A DNA stretch of 64,000 bases, taken from Tubiluchus corallicola. Its lineage: Eukaryota > Animalia > Priapulida. Positions 1 to 13,496 of the stretch are shown piece by piece. The position numbers and the translations under genes were made by a program. The notes beneath the pieces are model-generated. The model made no database searches, was not told the origin of the DNA, and saw only the letters and a list, made by a program, of their open reading frames with translations. Position 1 is the stretch's first letter, and every line of letters starts with the position of its first letter. The DNA lies in assembly GCA_030141605.1 (NCBI GenBank), contig JAQGDQ010000055.1, forward strand, positions 1 to 64,000. Reading direction: 5' to 3'.

Positions 1-1561
1 GGACTAAATTGTCTACGATTCTCCTGGTATACTTGCTAGAAGATGGTCTCTTTTAGTGACAATTTTATTATACATCCGTAAATTTTGGTGGCTTTACGAC
101 CGCGTACTAGTCATTCGACAAAAACAGATATGTTTATAAGTATTTGTAAACTTTTGAACTAACAAATTTCTAGGATTGGAAAACCGATTTTATTTTGCTT
201 GGAATGTTAAACTTAAAAGCTCAAACATTCCCACGGTCTGATAAGTGAGAAATGGGACCATTAAAGTTGAACAAACTAGTATTGCAGTTTTTGTTTTGTA
301 CCATAAATGTTAAAAGTAACCAAAAATGGTGAAAACGCCACCACCGCTTTCTGCATTGAAATTCCAGCATTGAAACTTGAACTTTCACAAACCCTCTTAG
401 CGAACTGTACATTGTAGTTCACTTGCGAAATTTACTTTAAACCAAAACACCTGAATGTGGCACGAAGCTTTCAAGTGTGACCCTCGAGTCGTCAGAACTG
501 CTGCATTATTTATCCTACACTTGAAAAGCTGTTAATTGCATTACTCAAGTCGACAGTAACCATTAGAATTCGTAAAAGGTTACTGTAGAGTGTAGATCAA
601 TGCTATGAACACGAACAACACTCGATGTTTACAGTCTTTGCTGTTTTACCTCCACAGTTCAAGGCTTTTCTTGTACTTTCAGTAACCTCATTAGGACTTA
701 ACGGAGTCAACAATGAGGTTTTTGATGAAGGGAAATGATTGTGAAGTTACAAATTTAGTCTCAAATCATGTTTAATTACAAACAGCCGAATTTAATTTAC
801 CATTGTAACTATATTATTTTTGTAAATGCGTAAATAATGTTAACTGTTTATTAGTGTTTAATCTTTACAGTTTTACTATTTTGCGAGACGATTAAGCCTA
901 CACCTAAGTGTTGTATGTTTTTATGTAACGTTTGTTTTTCCTGCACATGTTGTATTGTGTATTGTATTGTTCGTAAAGCAAACGACTTATCACGATTAGG
1001 ATCATTAGTATGGTATGCATAATATAAATTAATTCAGTTGCATTTTCATTTAGCCATAATCTGAGCAACTTTTTTGACCCATGACAGCGCATGTGCGTTC
1101 GTGTGTGTGTGCGTATATATCGAATTTTAATCTTTTAATGCATGAATCTACAATCAGAACAAATGAATTGTGTGAAAAACGCATGAATCCTTTCGAATCC
1201 TATACCAGAGCAACATTTTGTGCAATTTCAGCGCTCAAATGCCCAAGGAATTCAGGCAATTAGTAGTAATGGCTTTTTAATGACGTTTAGAGCTTGTGTC
1301 TTATGCACGCTTGTATTTTATTTAATTACACTGGATGTTTAAGTATCCTAAGCTGCATTTTTATGAACATTTGAGTCAGAAGGGAAAAACAGTAAATGAT
1401 TTAGTAATATTTTGAGCCTTCTCTGTCCATTTCGTAAAATATAACTTGTTTTTAAGAAAAAATCTGTTCAAAGGTCACAAGGAGACACAAACCCTGTCCT
1501 TTACGCCTACTGTCAATAGTTTTCTAATTTATCACTCTAGGAGGTAAATAAAGGACGTTAC

Positions 1562-4500
1562 CCTCCGGCAGAACTCCAATATGTCCATCTTCTGAGTAAG
1601 GCATTGTGATTTTGATTCTTTGTCAGGAATCCACTGTTCTAGGGTTATGTTATAGTGCATGTTGATGAAGCCACACTTCATGGCTATCTGAGGTTCTGAA
1701 CGCGTGGCGAACGCATTGGCAAATGCCTGCAATAGAAAAATCAATAATCAATCGTCAGTCAATAGCAATAGTTTATTTAGATTATACAAGTAAATCATAG
1801 GCCTATACCACAGACGTATTGGTTATACTGTAGCAACACAGACGACTGATTCAAAATCGTGAAATCAGCGCTCCTAAAATTTCTAATAAACCTGTGAGAC
1901 GAGTGATATTTGCTGGACCACAACAGAATGGTAATATAAAGTCATTGTGTGGCGCATTTGCGCCTGTAAACAGAAAATTTCAAACGCCATGCAGGACGCG
2001 GAACCGGAAGAAGAAATATCCATCTGGATGATATATTCAGGTCGTAAAAGCTTGCAGCAATAACACAGCGCTACTTATCAGCAGCAGTGAAAACTTTATA
2101 GCGACGTAAAAAGACAAATTCGCCTGTTATGAAACTAATGCTGGACAATAAAATCGCGCTGACTACAAATTTAATGCGTGCAAGATTGCGCTACGTTCTT
2201 CTTGGTATTAATCAGTTTGCGTTTCCTATATTTCTTACGCCAACCCATTATTTTAGACAAAGTGAAAAGTAGAATACTCCAATGAATAGCGAATGTAGAC
2301 ATCCTCGCTAAATGTTGTTATTTTCAGCGGGTTGTTGCGAGTCACTAACAACAACCATTTCGATCAGTGACGGCTCGTAGCTAAAATTAGTGGGGTGCTG
2401 CAAAATTAATTTTTAGCCGTGTTTTAATACTGTGTAAAACGAAACAAATATATGTAATTATAATGTTGCAATTGTAATTTTAAACAAACAATCTAATGTA
2501 AACGTAATCTTGATAAACTCTTACGAATTCTAACGAATAACCTAAATTGTGGCAGTTCAAAAATAAGCCGATACAAGGCTTTTAAGCACGTGACAACTGA
2601 CAACACGTACTACAGTGAGCGACAGTACTCTTTCTCCCTAAGTACAGCGTTTTATCTCAGACATGTGCGCATGGCCGCATGCGCACAGCAGCCAAACACC
2701 GCGTTGCTTGGGCTGTGAAGCAAATTGTACTTCCCTTACGAGCTCCTGTTCCGCACAAGTATAAAGAAAGAATCAAAGAAAAAAGATTATTATATTGAGT
2801 ATTATCGATAATAATGAGTGAAAACAGGAGGTGCTGCAGTACCACAGTACCTATCCACGAGCCGCCACTCGTTTTGATGAACGAAGAAATTCCTTGGAGT
2901 TCAAAAGTAAAGCTCCAAATCTTATGGTTATGACTAGGGCTGAGCATCGAATGTTCGAATGGAATTCGATTCGAACATAAAACTATAGATTTGAATAATT
3001 CAGCACTTCAACCACATACGCTCTTTATCATTAAAATGTTTGAAACATCATGCAATTAACACTGTTTAGCTGCTACGATTTCTGTGCACGATTGTTAAAC
3101 AAATTATTGGTGGCCTTACTGCAGAACAAAATCGAGTAATATGCACGGTCTTTGTAAGACCGCTTTTCCCTAGTGGTTCGAAAACTTGTTCGAAAATCTT
3201 TCAAACTGAATTCAAATTCGGTTCGCACTCTAAATACTGAAGTTCAGTTCGATTCGAATTCGAAAGTCACAAATTAAATTCGATTCGAATTCGCTTTCTG
3301 GTAGAAAATGCTCACCCCTATTTATGACACCTCAGATTACCAAATGAAACACCAGTAAGAATCCCCTTAAATGAAGCCTTAAAACTTAAAGCAAAAACCA
3401 CATGGCAAAAATAAACAATTTAGATAGCCAAGATAAATAAAGATGTTCAACAACTTCAACCAAATCTAGCTTTAGGAGCAGAAGAACTTGTGATGTTAGC
3501 TGCAAGAAGAGTGGGTTGAACGCTCTAATAAATGTTAAGACGGAATGAGATTTTGATAATGATGATGTCCCATATTTCTATGCTTAGCATGCGTGTCTAT
3601 TGGCGAGTATGGTTTCCAAAATGCCCAAAAGAAGGGTTCGAAAACTGTGGATTTTTAGATCTAGGACTATGTCCATTGCGATCCAATCTGTACACTGTAA
3701 GATCGAAAGCTCAGGTTCAGTCTACAGGGATCCCCAAGACTTCGCGCACTTTGAAAAAGCCAGACTATTGATTACACAACAAACATGGTGCCAACAGTCA
3801 AATAAGTTCAGAATACCATTTATGTATTTATAGCTGGAATTAAGTAATGACTATGCTATAAATCTAAGTAAGGCATGCAAGCGTTACAGATACATGCTTC
3901 GCTACAAGCCTACACAAAGCGCATGGAGGGACAGTTTCAGCTTTAGCTGCTCTAAATCAACTACAGTAAATTTATCAGCAGGACTTGATGCGCACTGACT
4001 AACCCACAGCCAGTAATAAATTATAATTATTAAGAAAGCAAAAACGCTCAGAGCACTATGAACGTGGCTCACTCGTATGCTTATTTCTGAAGTCAAGAAG
4101 CCAAAATACTATAAAATAAAGGCTTGGACTCGCTATATGGGAATGTAGGAAAGTTTGGTACAAGTACATTTAGTACAGGTAAGTTTGGCACCAGGAAAGT
4201 TTGGTACTAGCAAAAATTGATACAAGGAATTTTTAGTACATGGAAATTTTGGTACAGGTAAATTTGGTACTATGATCTTTAGATACAAGGAATTTTTGGT
4301 ACTAAGAAGATATGGTAACGTGAAAATTTCGTACTGTATTGGGAAAGTTTGGCACTGCAAAATTTGGCAATAAACAGAAAGGACAGCATTTCAATATCTC
4401 ATTGCAACAACAACAGCAACGACAGAACAAACAACAACAATGATCATGGTGATGATGATGGTGATGCCGAAGACGATGACGATGATTATAACAAGAACAG

Positions 4501-7500
4501 CATGGAAGAAACAAACAAATAAAGCAGCAGCAGCAACGACAACAGCAACTACAACGACAACAAAACAACAATAGCGGCAGCAGCAACAAAACAACAAACA
4601 CAACACAATGTGCAGCAGCAACAGCAATAAAGCATCAAATGAAACAATGACAACAACAATAATGATAACGAGGACAACAAAAACATCAATGAATACACAA
4701 ACATAAAACAACAGCAACAGCAGCAACGACGATGATATCGACAAACAACAGTGACGACAACAACAACAAAAAACAATAACAGCAATGACAATGGCAACAG
4801 CAACAACAACAAAACCACAAAAAGTAACAATGATGATAGCAATGATGATAATGACGATCACACCAAAGGAACGAGCAAGAAACAGGCAAACAAACAAACG
4901 AACAAAAAACCAAATATAAACAAACCTCTATAACTTTTTCATGTAGGTTATATGAAAGATACTTTCATAGTACCAAACTTTCCTTGTCCCAAAATTTCTG
5001 TGTATCAAATTTTCCTAGCACCAAACTTTCCAGTACTAAACTTTCCTAGCACCAAATCTGTTCCGTACCATTTTTACCTTGTACCAGAATTACTTCTGCC
5101 AAAAATGCTTGAGAAAAGTTTATTTATCATCATTACAATCAAAAGGCTGAATTACAGTACAGCATAAAATTACAATATAAAAATTTTAAAAAGAATAAGC
5201 AAGGTAGAACGTACAGCAACAAGCACTATTACACTGTTAGAAGATACATGAACGAAATAAATTAAAATTAAAGGAGTAAAACTCAAGTCAAACTGTCAAA
5301 TGACTCACACTATTGATAAACGTAAACGTATTAATTGATTAAGTATGGAAATTAAATAAGCCATATGGGATAAAACTGTCTTGAAAGTTCGTCAGTACTG
5401 CATTCACCAGCAACACATTTTTCCAGTGCTAAAAATTCTCTGCACTAAAACTTCCCTCCACTAATAGCAGATTTTCCCCAGTACGAAAATTAACATGACC
5501 AAATTTGCCTGTACCAAACCTACTAGTAACAAACTTACTGTCACCTAATATAATACTCCCGTACATAATCAATCAGTTAAGCACGCACAGAAAAGCGACT
5601 CCAATCACGTATTTTTTCAGTTATATCAAATGTGAAGGTATCATAACTAAATCTGGATTAACCAATAAGCCAGACTTAGAAAAGGATAGTCATATCTATT
5701 ACCAAAATAGATATGACCGTCGTGTTGGTTAAAACACTTGTATTACAAAAATATTTAGTAGTAATAGTAGTTTACTGACTCATAGAAGTTCAAAATACCT
5801 GTGACTCAAGGACATTTACACACCTTCAAATATGACCACAGATAACTCAAAAACATTTCAACATTACTCCGTTCATTATATTATAGGTTATAAATAAAAA
5901 ACACGTTATTAGTGAAAATGTATTCCACAACATTCAAGAAGAGAATTGTGCAAAATTGAAAATTACAGAACAAGTAAGCCTATCTATGATCAATTACTGT
6001 CGGCTAAATTCACACACGGACAATGCCTATAACCTACTTGAAGTTGAAACGTTCAAAAAATTTAAAACAAATTGCAAAGCAGCTTAACAAAGAACTGCTA
6101 GTTCCCAATATTCAGCATTAAAATTTGACAAGTTCTGGGTTTCGTTATGTGACATCAAGAAAAACTACACTTATGTAAACGCCAAGCTATGTCTATGGTA
6201 TCTTGGATACGTATTACTTAAAGCACAAAAAATAGGTACCTGAAGTGGTTTCAGAAAAATCGCCTTAAAAAATTATATTACTTTATAGCAATTTTATGCG
6301 TATATCGCACTCGCGTTGAAATGATTTTTTTGTTTGTTTTCATTTTAAATTTCCCGCAATACTGTTCCGACCGCGCCATTACATGACGTCATATACGCAC
6401 AACGTAAATCAGGGGAAGAAAGGGAAATGTTAAACTATGTTCCAAAAAACTTTCCATGCAAAATTATATTACTTAGCATTTCGCTTACCCGTTTGAAAGA
6501 CTTATGTAACTAGAAAAGCAAATTATTTATTATTTAAAATGTTTTCATCAATTGGGAAAATGTCGCTGACTCACCTCCAGGGTGCACCCACTCACTAACT
6601 AAAAACGCACTTTTAATCTTATTGACAAGATACGGTAATTTAAAATTTTACTTAGCTAGTGACGTGTGCGCTGCGAATGATGTGGTTATTTTTTCAAACT
6701 TTACTCAGTGTTATTTAAACTTGTTTCAAATGACTTATCGTCAAAATGGCTGCGCCTAACGGTCATTGCGGGAGTTTATATTTACAAGTTTTATACAGCG
6801 TTACTGCCGACGCAAGCCCTGTATGCAAAAAGGCAGTATGTAAGTGGGGGTTTTTCTTGTGCTCTGAATCAGACGCCCACTATGTTAAAGCAAGTACATA
6901 AAAGCAAAAATCCTGCATTTAAAATTTCTGCCACTTAATTTTTTTCTGGTTGCACGCTTTTGGAAACTACTGCAAGAGAACCTCACAGGTGTCGCCCACC
7001 TCGTGCTGAGCTGGGTTTATTTTTCTACAAGTTCTTGCATAATAAAACCTACTTTACTATGCCAACACTAACTTGTGAGTAGGCTGAAGATGAAAGAAAG
7101 CAGCTGAATAAGTTGGGCGAGCGAGCAAAGACTGAAAGGTATTCTAAAACGCTTTACAGCTATGCTGTAAATCCAACGCAGAGTGGTAGAGCTTGAATAA
7201 TTAAGCATCTTCCAGAACGCCTTTCATTCCAAGGTGAAACGACCCGAGCAATGGGTCCTTGCTCCTTGCTCCGTTTTGCTAACTGAAAGAGTGGCGTAAA
7301 TGGTCCTATTATAGTGCCCGAAACTATGGCGCCAACTGCGCCCATATTCTCAATACTGTATTTTCATTATACTTGCAAAAGGTTCACAATGCTAGACTTA
7401 ACCGTAGATATTTGGCATTAATTATTTCACTTGATAAATAATTTATTAAGTCTATCTCTGCGTTGTAAATTATCACACGCAATGCAATTTAATGTAACAG

Positions 7501-8853
7501 GCGAACCATCTATGATATCGGATGTATAAAAGGGCGTCTGTCTGTTATATTAAATGTCACATGCGCCACGGGATAGAGGCAATACTTGCCTTGAAACCAC
7601 ATTGAAAATTTTAATTTGTCCATACATATGCACACAATAGCCATAACAATTATCGTAGTTGACAAATGACAAGTTAAATAAATTTTACAGACACTGAAAT
7701 TTAAAAATCGTTATGAAAACACACTTAATGTGTAACAAAAGAGTAGCTATTAAAGATATTAAAGAGTAGCAAAAAGTAAGTTTCTTGACGTTTTCGTTTT
7801 ACAAAGAGTTAAAATTATCAGAGAGTTTCACGCCTAATCAATCGGGAAAGCTTAACGTTATTAAAAGCTGTATTTATATTAAGACGTGAAGTTCTAACAG
7901 GTATATTTGATTAAGTAAATTTCGGCAAACATTAATTAAGTTGCACTGTGTATACACTGTACAAGTTACACATCATTTCTAAATGTACATACGGTATACA
8001 GTGATCGTTTTAAAACTTCACATGCGTCCATGAATGACCGGCATCAGTGCAATGATTCATTTTCGTTCAAAGTGGCCCAAGGATATACTATACTGCCAAA
8101 AACGATAGAAATTTGGAAATCAGCCAACAAATTTACATGAATTTTAATTGAGCAGAGTTTGAAGAATTTGCGTGGGTGGGTGTAGCTAGTGCACTACAGA
8201 CTAAAATATAGTCAGAGCTGGGAAAAGTCGAAGCCCTAGTTTACAACTAAATTCACTTTACCACAATTTAGAATTGCCAGACGTTTTTTAAACAGTCACA
8301 CTACTTTGCATGATCAAAATTCTAATGCTTGGCGGTATCATTGAACAAAATAAAAACATAAATCACAAATGATAATTTATTAATGAGCAAAACGAAATTG
8401 ATTACCGAAAACACGCTCTTCATGTAGCTGGGGCTTTAAAGAAAGATCCTCCAATATCATCATTTATATTTTATTTATTTATTTTGTTCACACCTAATAG
8501 TAAAATACAGTCTATAATAAAAACAGTATATATATAAAACACGTTGTCGAAAAACATACAATATTTACATGAGTGTGGTAAAGACAAAGAGAAGAACTGC
8601 TTACATGTGTCTATTGTATTCAAGGAATTAATGCACGTTAACTTTATTTAAGCGGCTTTTAAATAACTTGATATTTTGTGCAGTTATGAGTGGTGCATTA
8701 CGCAAATCCAGATTGCTAGAAACATTTAACTGAGTCGATTGGCATACTTACCACATTACTGGCTTCCCACTCAGCTTGCTGAGCCGCTACGGCTGCTAAT
8801 AAAAAGTCCACACAGAAACACGCACACAGTAGCAGTCGTTCACTGAACTCCAT
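1562..8853 (-). CDS. APP: Amyloid-beta precursor protein family (APP/APPL), 5' part only: exon 1 8853-8752, exon 2 1726-1562; the gene continues left of the window
   Basis: Exon 1 encodes a signal-peptide-like MEFSERLLLCACFCVDFLLAAVAAQQAEWEASNV and ends at a GTAAGT donor. Exon 2 (ttgcag acceptor, GTAACG donor, phase 0-0) encodes AFANAFATRSEPQIAMKCGFINMHYNITLEQWIPDKESKSQCLTQKMDILEFCRR, matching the APP E1 growth-factor-like domain (EPQIAMFCG...W..D....C....ILQYC). No further exon was found in 1-1561. Confidence 0.88.
2365..2870. mobile_element. hAT-like MITE
   Basis: TIRs CAGTGACGGCTCGT / ACGAGCCGCCACTC; degenerate 8-bp TSD ATTTCGAT / GTTTTGAT. Confidence 0.6.
2935..3320. mobile_element. hAT-like MITE with TTCGA subterminal repeats
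   Basis: TIRs TAGGGCTGAGCAT / ATGCTCACCCCTA; 8-bp TSD GTTATGAC / TTTATGAC; related to 36305-36676. Confidence 0.75.
3611..3751. mobile_element. Small palindromic MITE
   Basis: Imperfect TIRs GGTTTCCAAAATGC / GCACTTTGAAAAAGCC and internal inverted symmetry. Confidence 0.4.
4136..5563. mobile_element. Foldback-like element with ~20-bp subrepeat arms and a trinucleotide-repeat core
   Basis: Left arm of AAGTTTGGTAC-type units (4136-4370); inverted GTACCAAACTT units at 4965-5100 and 5415-5545; termini TATGGGAAT / ACTCCCGTA; CAA/CAG/GAT repeats at 4405-4925. Confidence 0.65.
6222..6863 (+). mobile_element. TTAA-flanked (Kolobok-like) non-autonomous element, family A long form
   Basis: Starts TTAA|AGCACAA and ends TTCTTGTGCT; collinear over about 600 nt with 33982-34661. 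Confidence 0.8.
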
Positions 8854-9452
8854 ATTGGTGAACACAGAAGCCGTTCTAACCCACTGAAATCCAGCTATTA
8901 ACCACCAACGTTTATTGTCCAAATATCGTGAACTAGTACTTTAACGTTTATGCTTATTAAAAACCAACGTTTTCCAAATAACCGTGAAATCACAACTTCA
9001 CAAAACGCTGTGTTTGCAAATCTTTCGTCCGAATAATATCATCATCGTCAGCACAATATCAAAATGGAACACCTAGGTCCAAAGGTGATAGTGCGCTAAT
9101 GCTAAAAAGTCGCAATGATCGCTCGATGAACTATCTGCATTTATGCGTTTCTACGGGTTGATAACCCCTGATCAATAAATAAATCAATCGTCCGGCAGAC
9201 GTAATCGATACGATTCCTCTACATCACTCAAATACTTCAGATCTCGCAGTAACGTGAACACTTCAGTAATACTAAATGCAGCAGAATCTCTCTACCCCGG
9301 GAGACTGCAACAGTGACACGAAAAGGTTAAATTCTGGAAATGACAGCGCGAATCGCTTTTACTAATGCATCAGGGAGCTGACACAGACTCAGAATGCCAG
9401 CCCAACAACACCTGCATGGGACATATTACTGCTGCTGGCACGGACCAGGCTG

Positions 9453-9462
9453 GTCACGTGAC
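9453..9462. promoter_or_regulatory. Palindromic E-box / CLEAR element GTCACGTGAC upstream of the APP-like gene
   Basis: Exact 10-bp MiT-TFE/USF consensus about 600 nt upstream of the ATG in a GC-richer patch. Confidence 0.4.
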
Positions 9463-11424
9463 ACGGGGCTACGTGTAGGCACAATACAACCGCAATGGGC
9501 AGAAAATTCAATTCATCAGCTTCCTTTATGAACAGCTTACGCGAGAGACTGCGTGATAAAGCAGTAAAATAAATTGGTCAGAAACATGCTGTGCAGTCAA
9601 TGGCACTCAGTGGGCCCTTCTGCATTCAGCTAAATCTAAACTATGGAAAACACAGAGCTTGTTTAACCAAGGAATTTGAAACTGTGTTGATTTCAAAAAG
9701 AAATGCGTTACATGAAAAGCGGTGCCGAAAATCGCCTGATAGTGGACCGAGGTATGAATTTATTCACAGCGATATGAGTGATCGTTCACGTACAATGAAT
9801 GAGAATGGGAGAAAAATTACACACAAGTATAAGCTGCCCGCATTATTAATGGCTGCATTTTTCAATATAAGAAATTAGAATTTAAATCTTTTGGATTAGT
9901 CGCGTGCGAAACATTCGTCTTCCAAAGACAATCATTCTGTTTATCGCGCACATAAAGATTAGAGGAAATTTATGCATGTCTGATAAACGGCAATGTAATT
10001 TCATAAATGAAATAAATTTACCATGAAGCATTGAATTATCGAGTCAAAATTCTATAAAGTTAATTTACGTACGCTCAACAAAATAAAATAGAAGTTGGCA
10101 CAATACTGAATTTAACAGATCGACTTTTAATCGGACGTCTGAAAGTATAGCAACACAGTACCGCTGTTATGAAGAGATGCCCGTTTTAATTCTGTATCCT
10201 TAATCCCAAACTTTCCCAGGAGAAATGGGCGGTTGAACTCATGGCGCACTTGTACCACCCAGGTGAAAAAGGGCTCAGTCTCCAAATTCACACACTATTC
10301 TATTTCACAGCATAAATACAACACCCAAGCAAACAACAATCTAATGAAGAAAAGCGAATGGCGTAAACCAAGGCGTATAAAGGTAATCACAATCATTTCA
10401 ACAACCTTGGTGTGTAAACTGTAGACGTGTTCCGTATCCGTGCTCAGGACTCAACCCATTGAGCAAAAACATGCCATAAACAACCAGTTTGATGTTCGCT
10501 TATCCAACTCAACGAATTAAACAGCAATAATGAATTCAATTCACGCAAAATCCCAGCAATGAAGAGCGCTGCAGTCCAAAGATGAGTAACTCTTTACCAC
10601 CAACACAGAAGTTACTTTCTACTGTTATTTTTACTTGAATAAAAGTCCTGCTCAGAAAAGCTTACATCTAATACTAAAGCACTAGAGTGCATCGTAAAAT
10701 CACAAATGAAACTATACATATGAAAAGTTGATATTGTATTTATGTAAGAGGTAGCAGCTAGAAACGAGCAACCAAAAAATTCAGCAATCTGTATTATTTA
10801 TTACACCACTTGTGTGTATATTTTCGCATTTTTGTCGCTTTTAATTTAAACAACTCCGATTCAGTAAGAAAGCCTCGACTTCAGATGCACTCAATCGATC
10901 AATGTGAAGAAGAAATGTATCAACAAAGATCGCAAATATGTGTGAACGAAGCCATATAGTGGTTTCATGTGATTACAGCAAAACAAGAGAATTTAAGATT
11001 AAGTGACGCGAAAAACGAAGAAAGGCTCTTAACAACAGAAATCTATGACCGCCTGACGCAAGGTAAAATTTTCTCAAAGACAACATGATAAAATGCGGAA
11101 GCTGATCAATTAGCCTGACCGCTTAACTACGGAAAGCCATTGGCTGTTCCAACCAGCGCTGGCACCCACATGTTCTCAGAATGCCAAGCCACGCTCTGGT
11201 CTTGCAGAGTAATTATTGGAAATTGGCTAAAATGGTACAAGATTGCCATGGAAGATTTCCGCTAAATTCTGTTCACTCAGAGAGACAATTAGTGAAGCCA
11301 GTAATCGCATTCTAGGGAAGCCATGCTCTTTCACTTAGGACTTTTAACCTTCAATAGATTAGATTTTAGTTAGCAAAGTTACAAGTCTGATTAGATAGCA
11401 AACTTGAGAAGCAATTACAAATTG

Positions 11425-11500
11425 TGAAAATTTCAATCTGTACTTGATTCGAACCCAGGTCTTCTGTGCAGCTATGTCTGACACGCGCACTAAAATATTT
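11425..11500 (-). mobile_element. tRNA-derived SINE head fragment
   Basis: Minus strand reads ...CAGAAGACCTGGGTTCGAATC (B box); resembles 55008-55300. Confidence 0.45.
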
Positions 11501-11791
11501 CGAATTCTGATTGCGAGAAAAACACGTTCCACACGAAACGAAAAAAAATTTTAAAAGCATGAAGACGCCTGTTCCTGCACGTTCTTTAATGTGGACAACT
11601 ACAATCTTTCTTACCAGACTGAAAACATTTACACGTTTTTCTACGAAGTTCGATATTCTGCAAGTCAGCACTCAATGGTTGGACTTACTTAATGTAAACG
11701 ATTGTGGCAAGACTGGAGCCCAACTCATTATCAATGACAGTCTTCTAGTGTTAGCCACTAACGAGCGGATATGTATGTTCATTTACAAAAC

Positions 11792-12032
11792 CTGGTGGCG
11801 CAGCTCAATGGTAGCGTGCTCGCTTACCACCCGGGAAGTCATGGGTTCAACTCTTGACCGAGCCATATCAAAGACTTGAAAAATGGTACCGCTGGTTCTT
11901 CGACCAAGCACGCGGGTTTATCGAAGTAACGTGCGGGTAATAATAATCGGGACACTTTAGAAAAAAGAAGTATTGAAGTACTTAATGTGTTATCCTTGGA
12001 CAATGTCCTAAACGAAATTATTATTATTATTA
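11792..12032 (+). mobile_element. tRNA-derived SINE (Meta-core-like)
   Basis: A box AGCTCAATGG, B box GGTTCAACTC, core CCATATCAAAGACTTGAAAAATGGTACC, (ATT)n tail; a second 3' fragment lies at about 13056-13145. Confidence 0.7.
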
Positions 12033-13249
12033 CAGAGTAATAAATTCAAAAGATAAAAAATTATTCACCACTGTCTTTGCAGACGAGGCATCTCAACCAT
12101 TCACAATACCCTGGAATTCCTGAGATCAACAATAAATGGCCTTTTAAAAATAAATGTCCACACATAGATCCTAGGGCCTAAGTACAAAATGATGACATTT
12201 TAGTACAGATTGCACATCTTAGCTACGCAGACAAAGAAGTATCTCCCAGAAGTCACAACCTCCAAATTACATCAAAGTTTAGCTTGAGATTTTTCTTACA
12301 TTCTGTTTTTCGACGAGTAAGCCTTCCCTAAATCAAATTCTCATGATGAATCCCTCTACAAAGTAGCGTAGCAGACGGCTAAAAGCTAAAATGACAAAAT
12401 GAATAGATTTCCCCGCGGACTTCACTGGAGGCAGCCAAATGAAATGAACTGAAACAGTGAACGTCTGAATCAGATTGTGTCTAATGATCTAGACGCCATA
12501 AATGCAGCTAGTGTTCATAATAAATGTGATTCATTGTCGGCAAATGGACTCTTTAGATACAATGATACGAGTGACTTCAGAACATCATTGAAGTCGATGG
12601 CTTTTGCAAAAACACGGCTGCTGATTCAATGGCTTTTAGAAACATTGGTGTAGATTTATCGTTTGATTGAATGGTTTTCATGATAACGTTACATTAAACT
12701 GAATTAATTAATCACTGTGAAACAGCGGACTTCAATTACTGAAGGACATGCAATTCTTACGCAGTGAAAACTGCATTTAGTGCAGAGCTTGGAAATAAGT
12801 GCTCAGGAGTTAATGGTAAAGAATTCAGACTCAGTTAACAGGGTTTTAGCGACAATGCAAAGTGATGTTAGAACATTTGGCTGACGAATGGTGTTTGAAC
12901 TTGCTGTAGAACCCATTCACAAAGCAAAAACACTCGATTACTAAGTAGATTTTGTTGTAACTGTGATTATTATTATTAGTCTGGCTGGAACACACATTTT
13001 TTCAAATCCCGTGCAGTAAGGCACCCTTCAGTATTGTAATATAAAAGACCGATTGCTAATCGGGACCACCTTGGAAAAAAGTATTGAGTTATCCCCGGAC
13101 AATGTCGTCCTAAATGAAACTGTATTAATATTATTGTATTATTAGTAATCGATACAGTGTAACATTGCTCAGTGTTACAATAAAAGACTTTCTGCTTTCC
13201 CAAATTAGTTTTCATAGTGTTCTTCTATCCATAATATAGCAACTTAAGC

Positions 13250-13496
13250 AGCACGAAAAAAACTGCCACAATGTTGCCACAATATTGGGACAATATGAAA
13301 ATGTGGATTTGCCACAACATTGTACCAATATTGTTATGAATATCTTTTCCATATTGTGACAACATTAGTACAAAATTATCATAATGTGGACAAAAATAAT
13401 GCCAAAAATTATTAGTACAATATTGTGGCAAGTCCACATATTTTCATACTGTCCCAATATTTGCAAAAAATATTGTCACAACATTGTGCTACCTGG
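13250..13496. mobile_element. Palindromic MITE built from CACAATATTG-type subrepeats
   Basis: Repeated GCCACAATATTG / CAATATTGTGGC units in both orientations. Confidence 0.55.

Noticed and set aside
4302-4933. Cys/His/Val-rich ORFs of 60-168 aa
   Set aside because: Translations of a compound trinucleotide repeat inside a foldback element.
12254-12275. TCACAACCTCC resembling the 5' end of miR-67/307
   Set aside because: The 3' half does not match and no precursor hairpin is visible.
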